From Bacteroidales bacterium (GTDB lineage: Bacteria; Bacteroidota; Bacteroidia; Bacteroidales; UBA3824), in assembly GCA_024401025.1 (NCBI GenBank), contig JAKSLV010000001.1, positions 6,643 to 70,642 on the forward strand: a DNA stretch of 64,000 nt, in the 5' to 3' direction. The position numbers and the translations under genes were made by a program. Under the pieces are notes generated by a model that had not been told where the DNA came from, did no database searches, and worked only from the letters and a program-made list of their open reading frames with translations. Below are positions 40,876-48,459 of this stretch, in pieces (the first letter of the stretch is position 1; each line of letters starts with the position of its first letter).

Positions 40876-41697
40876 TTAATTAAAAATTGTTTTACTAAGT
40901 TCCTCGTCCATCAGCGCGCCCTGCAGCGACTTCTGTATTTTCCTTATCCTCTCCTTGAAGAGGTTGTGCTTGATGCCGTCCTGCATGCTAAGCACCCGGC
41001 CTATGCAGTATTTGCTGAAACCCGATTGTTTCACCTTGTTTATGGCCAGCACCTTCTGCAATGGCGATTTCTCGGCGCCCTGCTCGTGCTTTAGCTCCAC
41101 CATGGAGAATCCGTTGGTCTCGGTGTTGGTGTTCAGGTCCTTGAACCCAAGCTCGCAGTCTATCGTGCAGCGCTCGCCCATATCCTTGCGCACCAGCGTG
41201 ATGCGGTGGAAATGGTTCTGTATCACGGGTATCAGCGATTCGGGATCGTATGGAATGTGCAGCCTCAGGAAATCGTATTCCTCCGGAAAAATCTCGTAGA
41301 GGCTGGTGGTGATCTCTATGCGTTTCTTCTTGGTTTTGCCCTTGTTGTTTTTGTGCTTCACCTCCAGAAATACGTTGCCGGTATCCAGATACGTTCGCTT
41401 GCGTACCTTGTAGCGGTCCAGCTTGCCATTGTGATGCGATGTAAAGAACTTGTTGTCGGGCGTGTCGAAATACACTGTCTCGTAAGCCATGTACCTAAGC
41501 CCGTTTATTTCCACAATGTAGTACTCGTCAATAATGTCGGGCAGTATCTTCTCGAACAGGACGTCGGTCCTTATGGGGAACTTGGTATCCACCCTGTTCA
41601 TGAAGTTGGCCTTTCCAATGTCTTTGAGCCCTATCGATGCGAAACTTTGCAAAATGCTTTTGTCCATTGGTGTGTTGCTATGATTGCTGTTTTTCAT
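40876..41697 (-). CDS. VTC-domain (TTM-fold) polyphosphate-polymerase-domain protein
   Basis: Part of ORF 40876..41709. The track start is GTG, so I trimmed to ATG 41697. Motifs NRVDTKFPI, VYFDTPDNKFF, LDRYKVRKRTY and VFLEVKHKNNKGKTKKKR match the basic tunnel strands of VTC/CYTH-like domains. Confidence 0.75.
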   Translation of the reverse strand: MKNSNHSNTPMDKSILQSFASIGLKDIGKANFMNRVDTKFPIRTDVLFEKILPDIIDEYYIVEINGLRYMAYETVYFDTPDNKFFTSHHNGKLDRYKVRKRTYLDTGNVFLEVKHKNNKGKTKKKRIEITTSLYEIFPEEYDFLRLHIPYDPESLIPVIQNHFHRITLVRKDMGERCTIDCELGFKDLNTNTETNGFSMVELKHEQGAEKSPLQKVLAINKVKQSGFSKYCIGRVLSMQDGIKHNLFKERIRKIQKSLQGALMDEELSKTIFN

Positions 41698-41705
41698 GTA
41701 ATACA

Positions 41706-41766
41706 CCACTGTTTTTTTCTACCATTATGACTCCGAAAATGTTAAATGGTTTAAAAAAAACAGTGG
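41706..41766 (-). repeat. 13-bp perfect inverted repeat (ccactgttttttt / aaaaaaacagtgg) with a 35-nt loop
   Basis: The arms lie at 41706..41718 and 41754..41766. The repeat sits in the 100-nt spacer between the beta-helix lipoprotein gene and the VTC-domain gene. On the mRNA the 3' arm ends 8 nt before ATG 41697. Confidence 0.8.
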
Positions 41767-41809
41767 TTTTTTTTTATGATTTTTAATATTTTATAAATAA
41801 ATGTGCTTT

Positions 41810-43669
41810 TTAGAACCCTCTGTTGGCAGATGTGGATGTCATTTGCCCGGTGCTGAGGCTTATCTCAGTGCCGGTTCCGGTGGCCTTGTCGGCTGGATAG
41901 TATAATCCTGTGTTCTTGGTGTGCTCGGTTCCTGATACTGTGGCATTGGTGATGATGCTGTATTTTCCGCTGCCAAGCTCAGGTGCCGACATTGTTATTA
42001 CGTTGTATGCCTGAGGCGCTTTCCACGCCATGATGTTCTTGCCCTTGGCATCGTTTATGGCCAGTATCTCGCCGGCCGATCCGTTGGCCTCGGTAAACAG
42101 GGCTGTCTGGGTGGCGTTGGGTGCTGATGCCATGCCCTTGGTTCCAATGGCTATCACCGTGCCTCCGTTTATTGTAGGCTTGTAGCCCTCGCCGGCGTCG
42201 ATGGGCTCGTTGCCGGCGCCGTTCTGGCTCACCAGCAGTATGCCGTTGTCTATCACCAGCTCGCCGTTGGAATCAATGCCGTCGCCCTTGGATGTTACCA
42301 TTACGAAGCCGCCTTTCATATACAGGCCCACGTTGCCGCCTGATGGCAGGCCGGGTTTGCTGCCGGGCATTCCCGGACGTCCGCCGAAACCACCACCGGG
42401 CTCCTTGTTGCCGCCCTCGCTGGCGTTTATGGCGTCGTCAAGAGAGTTTATTATAAGTGTGCCGCCGTTGATGTTTACCTGAACGCCCTGCACGCCCTCG
42501 TAGCAGTTGCTGATGTTGATGGTGCCGCCGTTGATGTTTACGCTGCCCAGACGCTTGCCGGTCTCGGTTTTCTTAACGGTGATGCCGTGGCCGCTGCCGC
42601 TCTCGGCGCTTGTCTTGGTGGTGGTGGGGTTAAGGGTGAATGTGCCGCCGTCTATGGTGATGTTGCCCAGGGCGCAGATGCACTTGTCGGATTTCTGGAT
42701 GTCGAATGTGCCGTTCTTTATCACGATGTGGGCGCCCGATGATATGCCGTCGTCGCCCGACTGCATGGTGATCCTGCCGCCTATTATGTTGATAGAGCCC
42801 TCGGCGTGGATGGCGTCCTTGCCGCTGTCCTCGCTGGCTGGCTGCTGCGACAGAAGTGTAAGGTTGCCGCCGCTTATGTATACGAATCCCTTGTTCTCCT
42901 TGGTGGATGTGGCCTTAAGTGCGTGCTGATACGCGCTTATGTTTATGTTGCCGTCCTCTATCTTTATGAAGTCCTTGGCCTGTATGCCGTCGTTCTGTTT
43001 CGACGATATGGTGTATGTTCCCGATTTTATTATTATGCCGTCGGATGTCTTTATGGCATGGTTCCTGAGGCTTGATACCTCCAGGCGGCCGGTCTTGCCC
43101 GACTGTGCCGACAGGTATATGCTCTGGTTGCTCTGTATGGCTGCCGATGTGTCGGCCGTGGTGGTGGATATCAGCTTGCTGGTGGTGCCGTCTTTCAGCA
43201 GTATGGATACCTTGGGGCAGGTTTTTATCTTGAGGGCCGCGCCTGTGGATGATGTTACGCTGGCATTGTCGAGTATCAGCTTTACAACGCCCTTGTCTTC
43301 CTTGTCGAGGTCTACGGTAATTCTTCCGTCGCTGATGCTGCCCGATATCAGATAGCATCCGCTCTTGGTGATGGTGGTTTCCTGTCCGTTGGCCTCAGCT
43401 CCCGATCCTTCCACCTGAACGCTGCTGTTCTTGCCTGTAATCTTGTTGGCGGTGGCAAGGTCGAATACGTAGTCGTCGGGCGATTCGTCTATGGTGGCCT
43501 CTATTACGTTGTCGAGATTCTCCTCGCTGTTGTTTACCTTGTCCTCGGTTTCGGTGCCCGCCGATGGGTCGTAGGTCTCGTCGCTGTTCTCGAAAGCCTT
43601 TTTGCAGCTTCCAAGTGTACCGGCTAGCAGCAGGGCCAGCATCGCAGATGTCAGAAATTTGGTTTTCAT
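41810..43669 (-). CDS. Surface lipoprotein with a parallel beta-helix repeat domain (Cthe_2159-like carbohydrate-binding family)
   Basis: Lipoprotein signal MKTKFLTSAMLALLLAGTLGSCKK. Repeated coils of the form I-x-GG-T-x-x-I-x-S-x-DDGI (ISGGNLTL, IIGGRITMQSGDDGISSG, INGGTINISNCYEGVQG, INGGTLIINSLDDAINAS, MKGGFVMVTSKGDGIDSNG). Gly/Pro-rich insert GGNKEPGGGFGGRPGMPGSKPGLPSGGN. Confidence 0.65.
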   Translation of the reverse strand: MKTKFLTSAMLALLLAGTLGSCKKAFENSDETYDPSAGTETEDKVNNSEENLDNVIEATIDESPDDYVFDLATANKITGKNSSVQVEGSGAEANGQETTITKSGCYLISGSISDGRITVDLDKEDKGVVKLILDNASVTSSTGAALKIKTCPKVSILLKDGTTSKLISTTTADTSAAIQSNQSIYLSAQSGKTGRLEVSSLRNHAIKTSDGIIIKSGTYTISSKQNDGIQAKDFIKIEDGNINISAYQHALKATSTKENKGFVYISGGNLTLLSQQPASEDSGKDAIHAEGSINIIGGRITMQSGDDGISSGAHIVIKNGTFDIQKSDKCICALGNITIDGGTFTLNPTTTKTSAESGSGHGITVKKTETGKRLGSVNINGGTINISNCYEGVQGVQVNINGGTLIINSLDDAINASEGGNKEPGGGFGGRPGMPGSKPGLPSGGNVGLYMKGGFVMVTSKGDGIDSNGELVIDNGILLVSQNGAGNEPIDAGEGYKPTINGGTVIAIGTKGMASAPNATQTALFTEANGSAGEILAINDAKGKNIMAWKAPQAYNVITMSAPELGSGKYSIITNATVSGTEHTKNTGLYYPADKATGTGTEISLSTGQMTSTSANRGF

Positions 43670-43775
43670 AATGTTTTAAATGTTGTATTTTATTTAACTT
43701 TCAGTATGCTTTTTTTATACAATGATATAAGAGTCAGATTAGTAATTTTTGGTGAGGTTGGTGATAAATATGCTG

Positions 43776-43783
43776 CAAAATTA
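43776..43783 (-). promoter_or_regulatory. -7 box TAatTTTG
   Basis: Reverse complement of caaaatta, 107 nt upstream of ATG 43669. Confidence 0.35.
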
Positions 43784-43838
43784 GTGATTTGTTGCAAATC
43801 CACAAATTTTTATTTTGTATTGTTTCGTTTTTTATTTC

Positions 43839-43846
43839 TACCTTTG
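43839..43846 (+). promoter_or_regulatory. -7 box TAccTTTG
   Basis: TAnnTTTG match, 41 nt upstream of ATG 43887. Confidence 0.45.
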
Positions 43847-43886
43847 CACCCGTCATTAAAAAATCAACAATAAAATACTACACTCC

Positions 43887-45428
43887 ATGAGCATCACACC
43901 TCAGATAATCATTGCCATTATAATATTGTATGTGGCCATGCTGATGATAATAAGTTACATAACCACCAAGAAAAAGGCCGACAGCAAGTCGTTCTTCACT
44001 GGCAGCCGCAAGAGCCCCTGGTATGTTGTGGCCATAGCCATGGTGGGTACCTCCATATCCGGAGTCACCTTCATAAGCGTTCCCGGCATGGTGGGTGCCT
44101 CGCAGTTTGGCTATCTGCAGATGGCCTTGGGATTTGTGGCCGGATATTTCGCCATTGCCTACGTGCTGCTGCCATTGTATTATAAGCTAAACCTCAGCAG
44201 CATATACACCTATCTCGACCAGCGTTTCGGCAACAGCAGCTACAAGGTGGGTGCGGCGTTTTTCCTCATCAGCAAGTTTCTGGGATGCGGTGTGCGCATG
44301 TATCTTACAGCCATTGTGTTGCAGCTGATAGTTTTCGACGGGCTGGGTGTTCCGTTCTGGCTTAATGTGGCCGTTACGATGGTGGTGGTGTGGCTCTATA
44401 CGTATAGGGGAGGAGTCAGGACCCTCGTATGGGTGGATATGATACAGACCTTGTCGCTGATACTGGCCGTGGTGATATGCATCTGGTGCATAATGCAGAA
44501 CATGGGCCTCAGCTTCCCCGATATGGTGGGCTCTGTGGTGGACAGCGGCATGTCTAGGATATGGTATTTCGATGATGTTAACGACCGCCAGTATTTCTTC
44601 AAGCAGTTTTTTGCCGGAATGTTCACCACCATAGCCATGACGGGACTCGATCAGGATATGATGCAGAAAAACCTCAGCTGCAAAAACCTGAAGGACGCGC
44701 AGAAAAACGTGATAAGCTACGGATTCTCTTTCCTGCCCGTAAACCTGCTCTTCCTGGTGCTGGGTGTGCTGCTGTATCAGTTTGCAGCCAGCAAGGGTTG
44801 CTATCTCGACGGCGTAATCTCCGATCTTGACGGCAACAGGCTAAAGCCCGACGAGCTGTTCCCGTATCTGGCCACTGGCCGCACTCCCGACGGTGCACAG
44901 CTTATATCAGTCTGGGTGGCAGTGTTTTTCATCATAGGACTTATATCGGCGGCGTTCTCGTCGGCAGGCTCTGCCGTAACGGCGCTCACCACATCCTTCA
45001 CCATCGACATTCTCCGTGCCGATAAGAAACACGACGAGGCGTCGCTGGCCCGCGTGCGCAAGATAGTGCACGTATGCAACGCGCTCATGATGGGAGTGCT
45101 GATATATTCCTTCAGCGTTATCGGCAACAACAGCGTTATCGATGCCGTGTACGTGGTGGCCAGCTACACATACGGTCCGCTTCTGGGCCTCTATTTCTTC
45201 GGCCTGTACACCAGGCGCGTGGTGCGCGATGGATGGGTGCCTGTTGTGTGCATCCTGTCGCCAATTATATGCCTGATACTCAACCTTAACAGCGCCGAAT
45301 GGTTTGGCGGCTACAAGATGGGCTACGAGCTTCTGCTCTACAACGGCGGCATCACGGCCTTGGGCTTGTGGCTGGCTTCCTCCTCTGCTCCAGCTCCTGA
45401 GAGCGGAAAGTGTCCTTCATCAAATTAA
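43887..45428 (+). CDS. Sodium:solute symporter family transporter
   Basis: About 13 TM helices. SFFTGSRKSPWYVVAIAMVGTSISGVTFISVPG is typical of the SSF N-terminal region. Confidence 0.85.
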   Translation: MSITPQIIIAIIILYVAMLMIISYITTKKKADSKSFFTGSRKSPWYVVAIAMVGTSISGVTFISVPGMVGASQFGYLQMALGFVAGYFAIAYVLLPLYYKLNLSSIYTYLDQRFGNSSYKVGAAFFLISKFLGCGVRMYLTAIVLQLIVFDGLGVPFWLNVAVTMVVVWLYTYRGGVRTLVWVDMIQTLSLILAVVICIWCIMQNMGLSFPDMVGSVVDSGMSRIWYFDDVNDRQYFFKQFFAGMFTTIAMTGLDQDMMQKNLSCKNLKDAQKNVISYGFSFLPVNLLFLVLGVLLYQFAASKGCYLDGVISDLDGNRLKPDELFPYLATGRTPDGAQLISVWVAVFFIIGLISAAFSSAGSAVTALTTSFTIDILRADKKHDEASLARVRKIVHVCNALMMGVLIYSFSVIGNNSVIDAVYVVASYTYGPLLGLYFFGLYTRRVVRDGWVPVVCILSPIICLILNLNSAEWFGGYKMGYELLLYNGGITALGLWLASSSAPAPESGKCPSSN

Positions 45429-46632
45429 ACTCGGCCAGCTTTTCGGGAGTAAGGTTGCTGTCGGAGTTTTTGCCCCAGCGGCGGCAGAAGTACAGCACGT
45501 CGTAAATCCTTGATACCTTGTATTTTCTGCTCAGACGCAGGCATAGGTCGTAGTCCTCGCCGTAGCTCACGTTCCTGAAAGGGTTGGCCCTCACTAGCTC
45601 GGTAAGGTAGCACCTTGGCGCGCCAAAACCGTTTACCCTCAGGGCGTTGTTGGCGCCGTTCTCCTGAGTGTATTCGCGGTGGTCTATCACTATGTCGTTT
45701 ATCGGCTTCATGTTGATGTCGGTGAGCCTGTAGCTGCCTATCAGCACTCCGCACTCCTCCTCCATGAACTTGTCCACGATGCGTTGCAGCGTGTTTTCCG
45801 ACGAGTACACATCGTCGCTGTCCAGCTGTACGGCAATGGCTCCGCACTCGGGGCTCTGTATTCCTATGTTCCAGCATCCGCCAATGCCTATTCCGGGCTC
45901 GGTGGTCTCTATCACATGCAGGTTGGGGTATTGCTCGGCGCATTGGGCCAGTATGTCGCGTGTGGGCTGCTGGCTCTGGTTGTCCACCACTATTATATTA
46001 TAGGCAAAGTTGGTTTTCTGTCCGGCTGCCGATCTTATGGCGTCGGCTATCACCTCGGGCCTGTCTTTCACGGGTATTATCACTGATGCTTTGGTCCTGA
46101 AGCTGCCCACTATCTCGGCAAATCCCTCCACGCCCCTTGTGGTCGGAGTTATGTATCCGCCGGTCATCTTCAGATATTTTGTGAAAACCTCCTCAGCCTC
46201 TTTCTGATACTCGCGGTTTCTGGGGTCGCAGTATGCGAAATGGGCCTTCTCGAAATCCTGGTTGCTGCTTGCGGCGCATACCAGGGGCTTGCCTGCGCGC
46301 TGTATCCTGCCCACTGTCTGCAGCATCAGCCTCAGATCGTAGAAACATGCCATCCTGATGCTGCTGCTCATCTTTGTGGCCGCCTGCCGGGCCATGGCGT
46401 TGTCTATTAGCACTGCCGGGCCAAAATCGAAATCGTCACGCACCGATCCGTCGGTAAAGGTGGCCATGCTGTGGTATGTCATGGCATATCCTGATGCTTC
46501 CGGCATATCGTTAATGCTGCACTCGGCATCAGTAAGTAATAATAAGGTGTGGCCGTCGCCGGCTTTCTCAAAATAATCCTTCAGCGATGCTATCTTGCTG
46601 ATGTTTATTGTATTGATGTGGTTTGGGTACAT
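45352..46632 (-). CDS. Glycosyltransferase family 2 protein with a roughly 190-aa N-terminal domain of unknown function
   Basis: Part of ORF 45352..46716, trimmed to ATG 46632 (MYPNHINT). GT2 core VIIPVKDRPEVIADAIRSAAGQKTNFAYNIIVVDNQS and the DxD motif VQLDSDDVY. Confidence 0.8.
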   Translation of the reverse strand: MYPNHINTINISKIASLKDYFEKAGDGHTLLLLTDAECSINDMPEASGYAMTYHSMATFTDGSVRDDFDFGPAVLIDNAMARQAATKMSSSIRMACFYDLRLMLQTVGRIQRAGKPLVCAASSNQDFEKAHFAYCDPRNREYQKEAEEVFTKYLKMTGGYITPTTRGVEGFAEIVGSFRTKASVIIPVKDRPEVIADAIRSAAGQKTNFAYNIIVVDNQSQQPTRDILAQCAEQYPNLHVIETTEPGIGIGGCWNIGIQSPECGAIAVQLDSDDVYSSENTLQRIVDKFMEEECGVLIGSYRLTDINMKPINDIVIDHREYTQENGANNALRVNGFGAPRCYLTELVRANPFRNVSYGEDYDLCLRLSRKYKVSRIYDVLYFCRRWGKNSDSNLTPEKLAEFNLMKDTFRSQELEQRRKPATSPRP

Positions 46633-46787
46633 ACTTCTGAAATATTTTTTTTGCAATATTACAAAAAATACATAAAAAAACTGCAAAAAAATTTGGATGG
46701 TGCACGAAATTTGCATAATTTAGGCTCGTACAACATATCCGGCGGATGGCTTGCCGGATGATATTTAACAACAATAATCATAAAAAT

Positions 46788-47024
46788 ATGGCAACAGTAA
46801 ACTTACCACCCAAATCGCGCATAGAGTGGAGCAAGCTGATTAGCGGCGAGATAGAGCACAAATTCAAGAATTATGTGCTCCAGATTCGTATATATCAGAT
46901 GCGTAAAGACATCTCTTTGGGTAAGATGACCTTGCTGACTGCTGTAGACCAGCTTTACGAAATCTGCTGCAAGTATTCGCTTGCCGTGCAGGCCGACTGC
47001 AAAGAGATTTTCAAGACCTGGTAA
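46788..47024 (+). CDS. Small (78 aa) helical hypothetical protein
   Basis: Part of ORF 46746..47024, trimmed to ATG 46788 (MATVNLPPKSRIEWSKL). I do not recognise the family. It lies directly upstream of the next gene on the same strand. Confidence 0.5.
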   Translation: MATVNLPPKSRIEWSKLISGEIEHKFKNYVLQIRIYQMRKDISLGKMTLLTAVDQLYEICCKYSLAVQADCKEIFKTW

Positions 47025-47097
47025 TACACATTAGCAAGATTGCAATAACAACTTTTTTTATTACAACCAATTACTAATTCTTACTTTTTGTTACTGT

Positions 47098-48090
47098 ATG
47101 GAAAACAAACTATACACTAAGGCCGAGGTTATCGATTTCATCAACTCTGGCCGCATCATGCTGCTCTCTGGCAGCGAGAAAGCTCTTTCTGGTCTTCCTG
47201 CCGGCAAATGGATCGGCGGCACCACTCCTTACTTCATGGATGGCGTGGGCAAGTTGGACGAGGACAAGATTTTCGTAGACGATTTTACGCTTATCGCCCA
47301 GGATTCCAAGCTCGAGGTTTTTGACTCTTCAAACATTCAGGAAATTGCAAAGAAGGGATTTAAAAACGGTTTCATCGTTATGACAATGCCTATCGACAGC
47401 GATGTTTATTTCAAATTCTCTGACCATTCTCTTGAATACGACAATATTTACGACAATCCTCTTGTAGGTTTTGTGTCATGCTGCAAGTTTGAGGATTTCG
47501 GCAATGTGCAGACATACTCGGTATCGGGCATCGACGGCAAGCTGGTTTCCGACAAGGCAGTAGCCCTCTACGTGGCTCTCCCTGACTACCTTACAGCACG
47601 CTGCGAGATTATGAACTTCGATACCATCGACGAGAACACATCAAAGGTGGTGTTCCCAAAAACATCTTTTGTACAGAGCGACTGCCTCATAGACGGCAAG
47701 CCCGGCAACATCTCCGACTATTTCGAGAATGTGGTGAAGGCAAAGCTTGGCAAGTACACTCAGATGATTACATCGCAGAACGGCGCGCTCATCAACCGCG
47801 ACCCTCGTGTGGTAAACACCAAGACCGGCGAAACTTCGTTCTTCTCGCCAGTGTACGCAGGCGACGAGTATTACCTCGTAAAGAACGGCAGCGACTACTT
47901 CAAGATGTTCAACGACAACCTGAAGTCGAAGACCGCCGACGTGGTTACATGCCTGTCATGCATTTCTTACTACTTCGGTGGCAATTTTGAGGGCCGCAGC
48001 ATCTGCAAGAACGGCGTTTACGCTTTCGGCGAGATTGCCTACCAGCTTCTCAACAAGACAATCGTTACTCTCGAGATCGACCACAACTAA
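47098..48090 (+). CDS. Cytoplasmic hypothetical protein, possibly FIST-like (ligand-sensing fold)
   Basis: 330 aa with no signal peptide or TM helix. WIGGTTPYFMDG in the N-terminal half and CLSCISYYFGGNFEG...YAFGEIAYQLLNKTIVTLEI at the C-terminus resemble FIST_N and FIST_C signatures, judged from memory. By eye its codon usage resembles pgk. A strong terminator follows. Confidence 0.55.
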   Translation: MENKLYTKAEVIDFINSGRIMLLSGSEKALSGLPAGKWIGGTTPYFMDGVGKLDEDKIFVDDFTLIAQDSKLEVFDSSNIQEIAKKGFKNGFIVMTMPIDSDVYFKFSDHSLEYDNIYDNPLVGFVSCCKFEDFGNVQTYSVSGIDGKLVSDKAVALYVALPDYLTARCEIMNFDTIDENTSKVVFPKTSFVQSDCLIDGKPGNISDYFENVVKAKLGKYTQMITSQNGALINRDPRVVNTKTGETSFFSPVYAGDEYYLVKNGSDYFKMFNDNLKSKTADVVTCLSCISYYFGGNFEGRSICKNGVYAFGEIAYQLLNKTIVTLEIDHN

Positions 48091-48120
48091 TCACAGGTTG
48101 TTACCATATTAATGTGTGTA

Positions 48121-48157
48121 AGGGCGCCCCAGACTATGAGGCGCCCTTATTTTTTTT
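48121..48157 (+). terminator. Rho-independent terminator
   Basis: 8-bp stem: agggcgcc (48121..48128) pairs with ggcgccct (48140..48147). 11-nt loop, then tatttttttt. It lies 31 nt after the stop at 48090. Confidence 0.8.
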
Positions 48158-48167
48158 GTAGGCACAC

Positions 48168-48203
48168 AAAAAAAACGCCCCGGTGATTTTGAGTCGCCGG
48201 GGC
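48168..48203 (-). terminator. Rho-independent terminator oriented for the minus strand
   Basis: 7-bp GC stem: gccccgg (48177..48183) pairs with ccggggc (48197..48203), with a 13-nt loop. On the minus strand it is followed by a T-run (plus-strand A8, 48168..48175). No annotated minus-strand gene feeds into it. Confidence 0.55.
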
Positions 48204-48293
48204 AAAAAAATAGAGGGATATAAATAAAGAGAATTACATACTTTGTGATAATGGCAGTGATGATGTGCCGTCGTAAACCCGGCCTTCATCTAT
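48168..48293 (-). ncRNA. Candidate small RNA of about 120 nt, bounded by a -7 box and an intrinsic terminator
   Basis: The -7 box TAgaTTTG lies at 48305..48298 on the minus strand, and the terminator hairpin and T-run lie at 48203..48168. No homology to a known RNA family was recognised. This is a prediction only. Confidence 0.25.
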
Positions 48294-48297
48294 AATG

Positions 48298-48305
48298 CAA
48301 ATCTA
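48298..48305 (-). promoter_or_regulatory. -7 box TAgaTTTG
   Basis: Reverse complement of caaatcta. A TTTG lies 13 nt further upstream, which is closer than the usual -33 spacing. Confidence 0.3.
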
Positions 48306-48442
48306 ATAAATATTTTATCAAAACGTTAAGTTTTTGTGCATTTTTTTTAATTTTTTTTTGGTACGGAAATTGCTAGTTGATTAATTTTTGCTTTTCTTAA
48401 ATTGTTTTTGCAAAATTTCATCTTTTTTCAACGAAAAGTATT

Positions 48443-48450
48443 TATATTTG
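48443..48450 (+). promoter_or_regulatory. -7 box TAtaTTTG
   Basis: TAnnTTTG match only 10 nt upstream of ATG 48460, implying a very short leader. Confidence 0.45.
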
Positions 48451-48459
48451 TGTCTTATA

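Noticed and set aside
48134-48289. 51-codon minus-strand ORF MKAGFTTAHHHCHYHKVCNSLYLYPS... with a His/Cys-rich N-terminus
   Set aside because: The ORF reads straight through both terminator hairpins, has no recognisable family and falls below the track threshold. A non-coding transcript or nothing at all is more likely. Only ribosome profiling could revive it.
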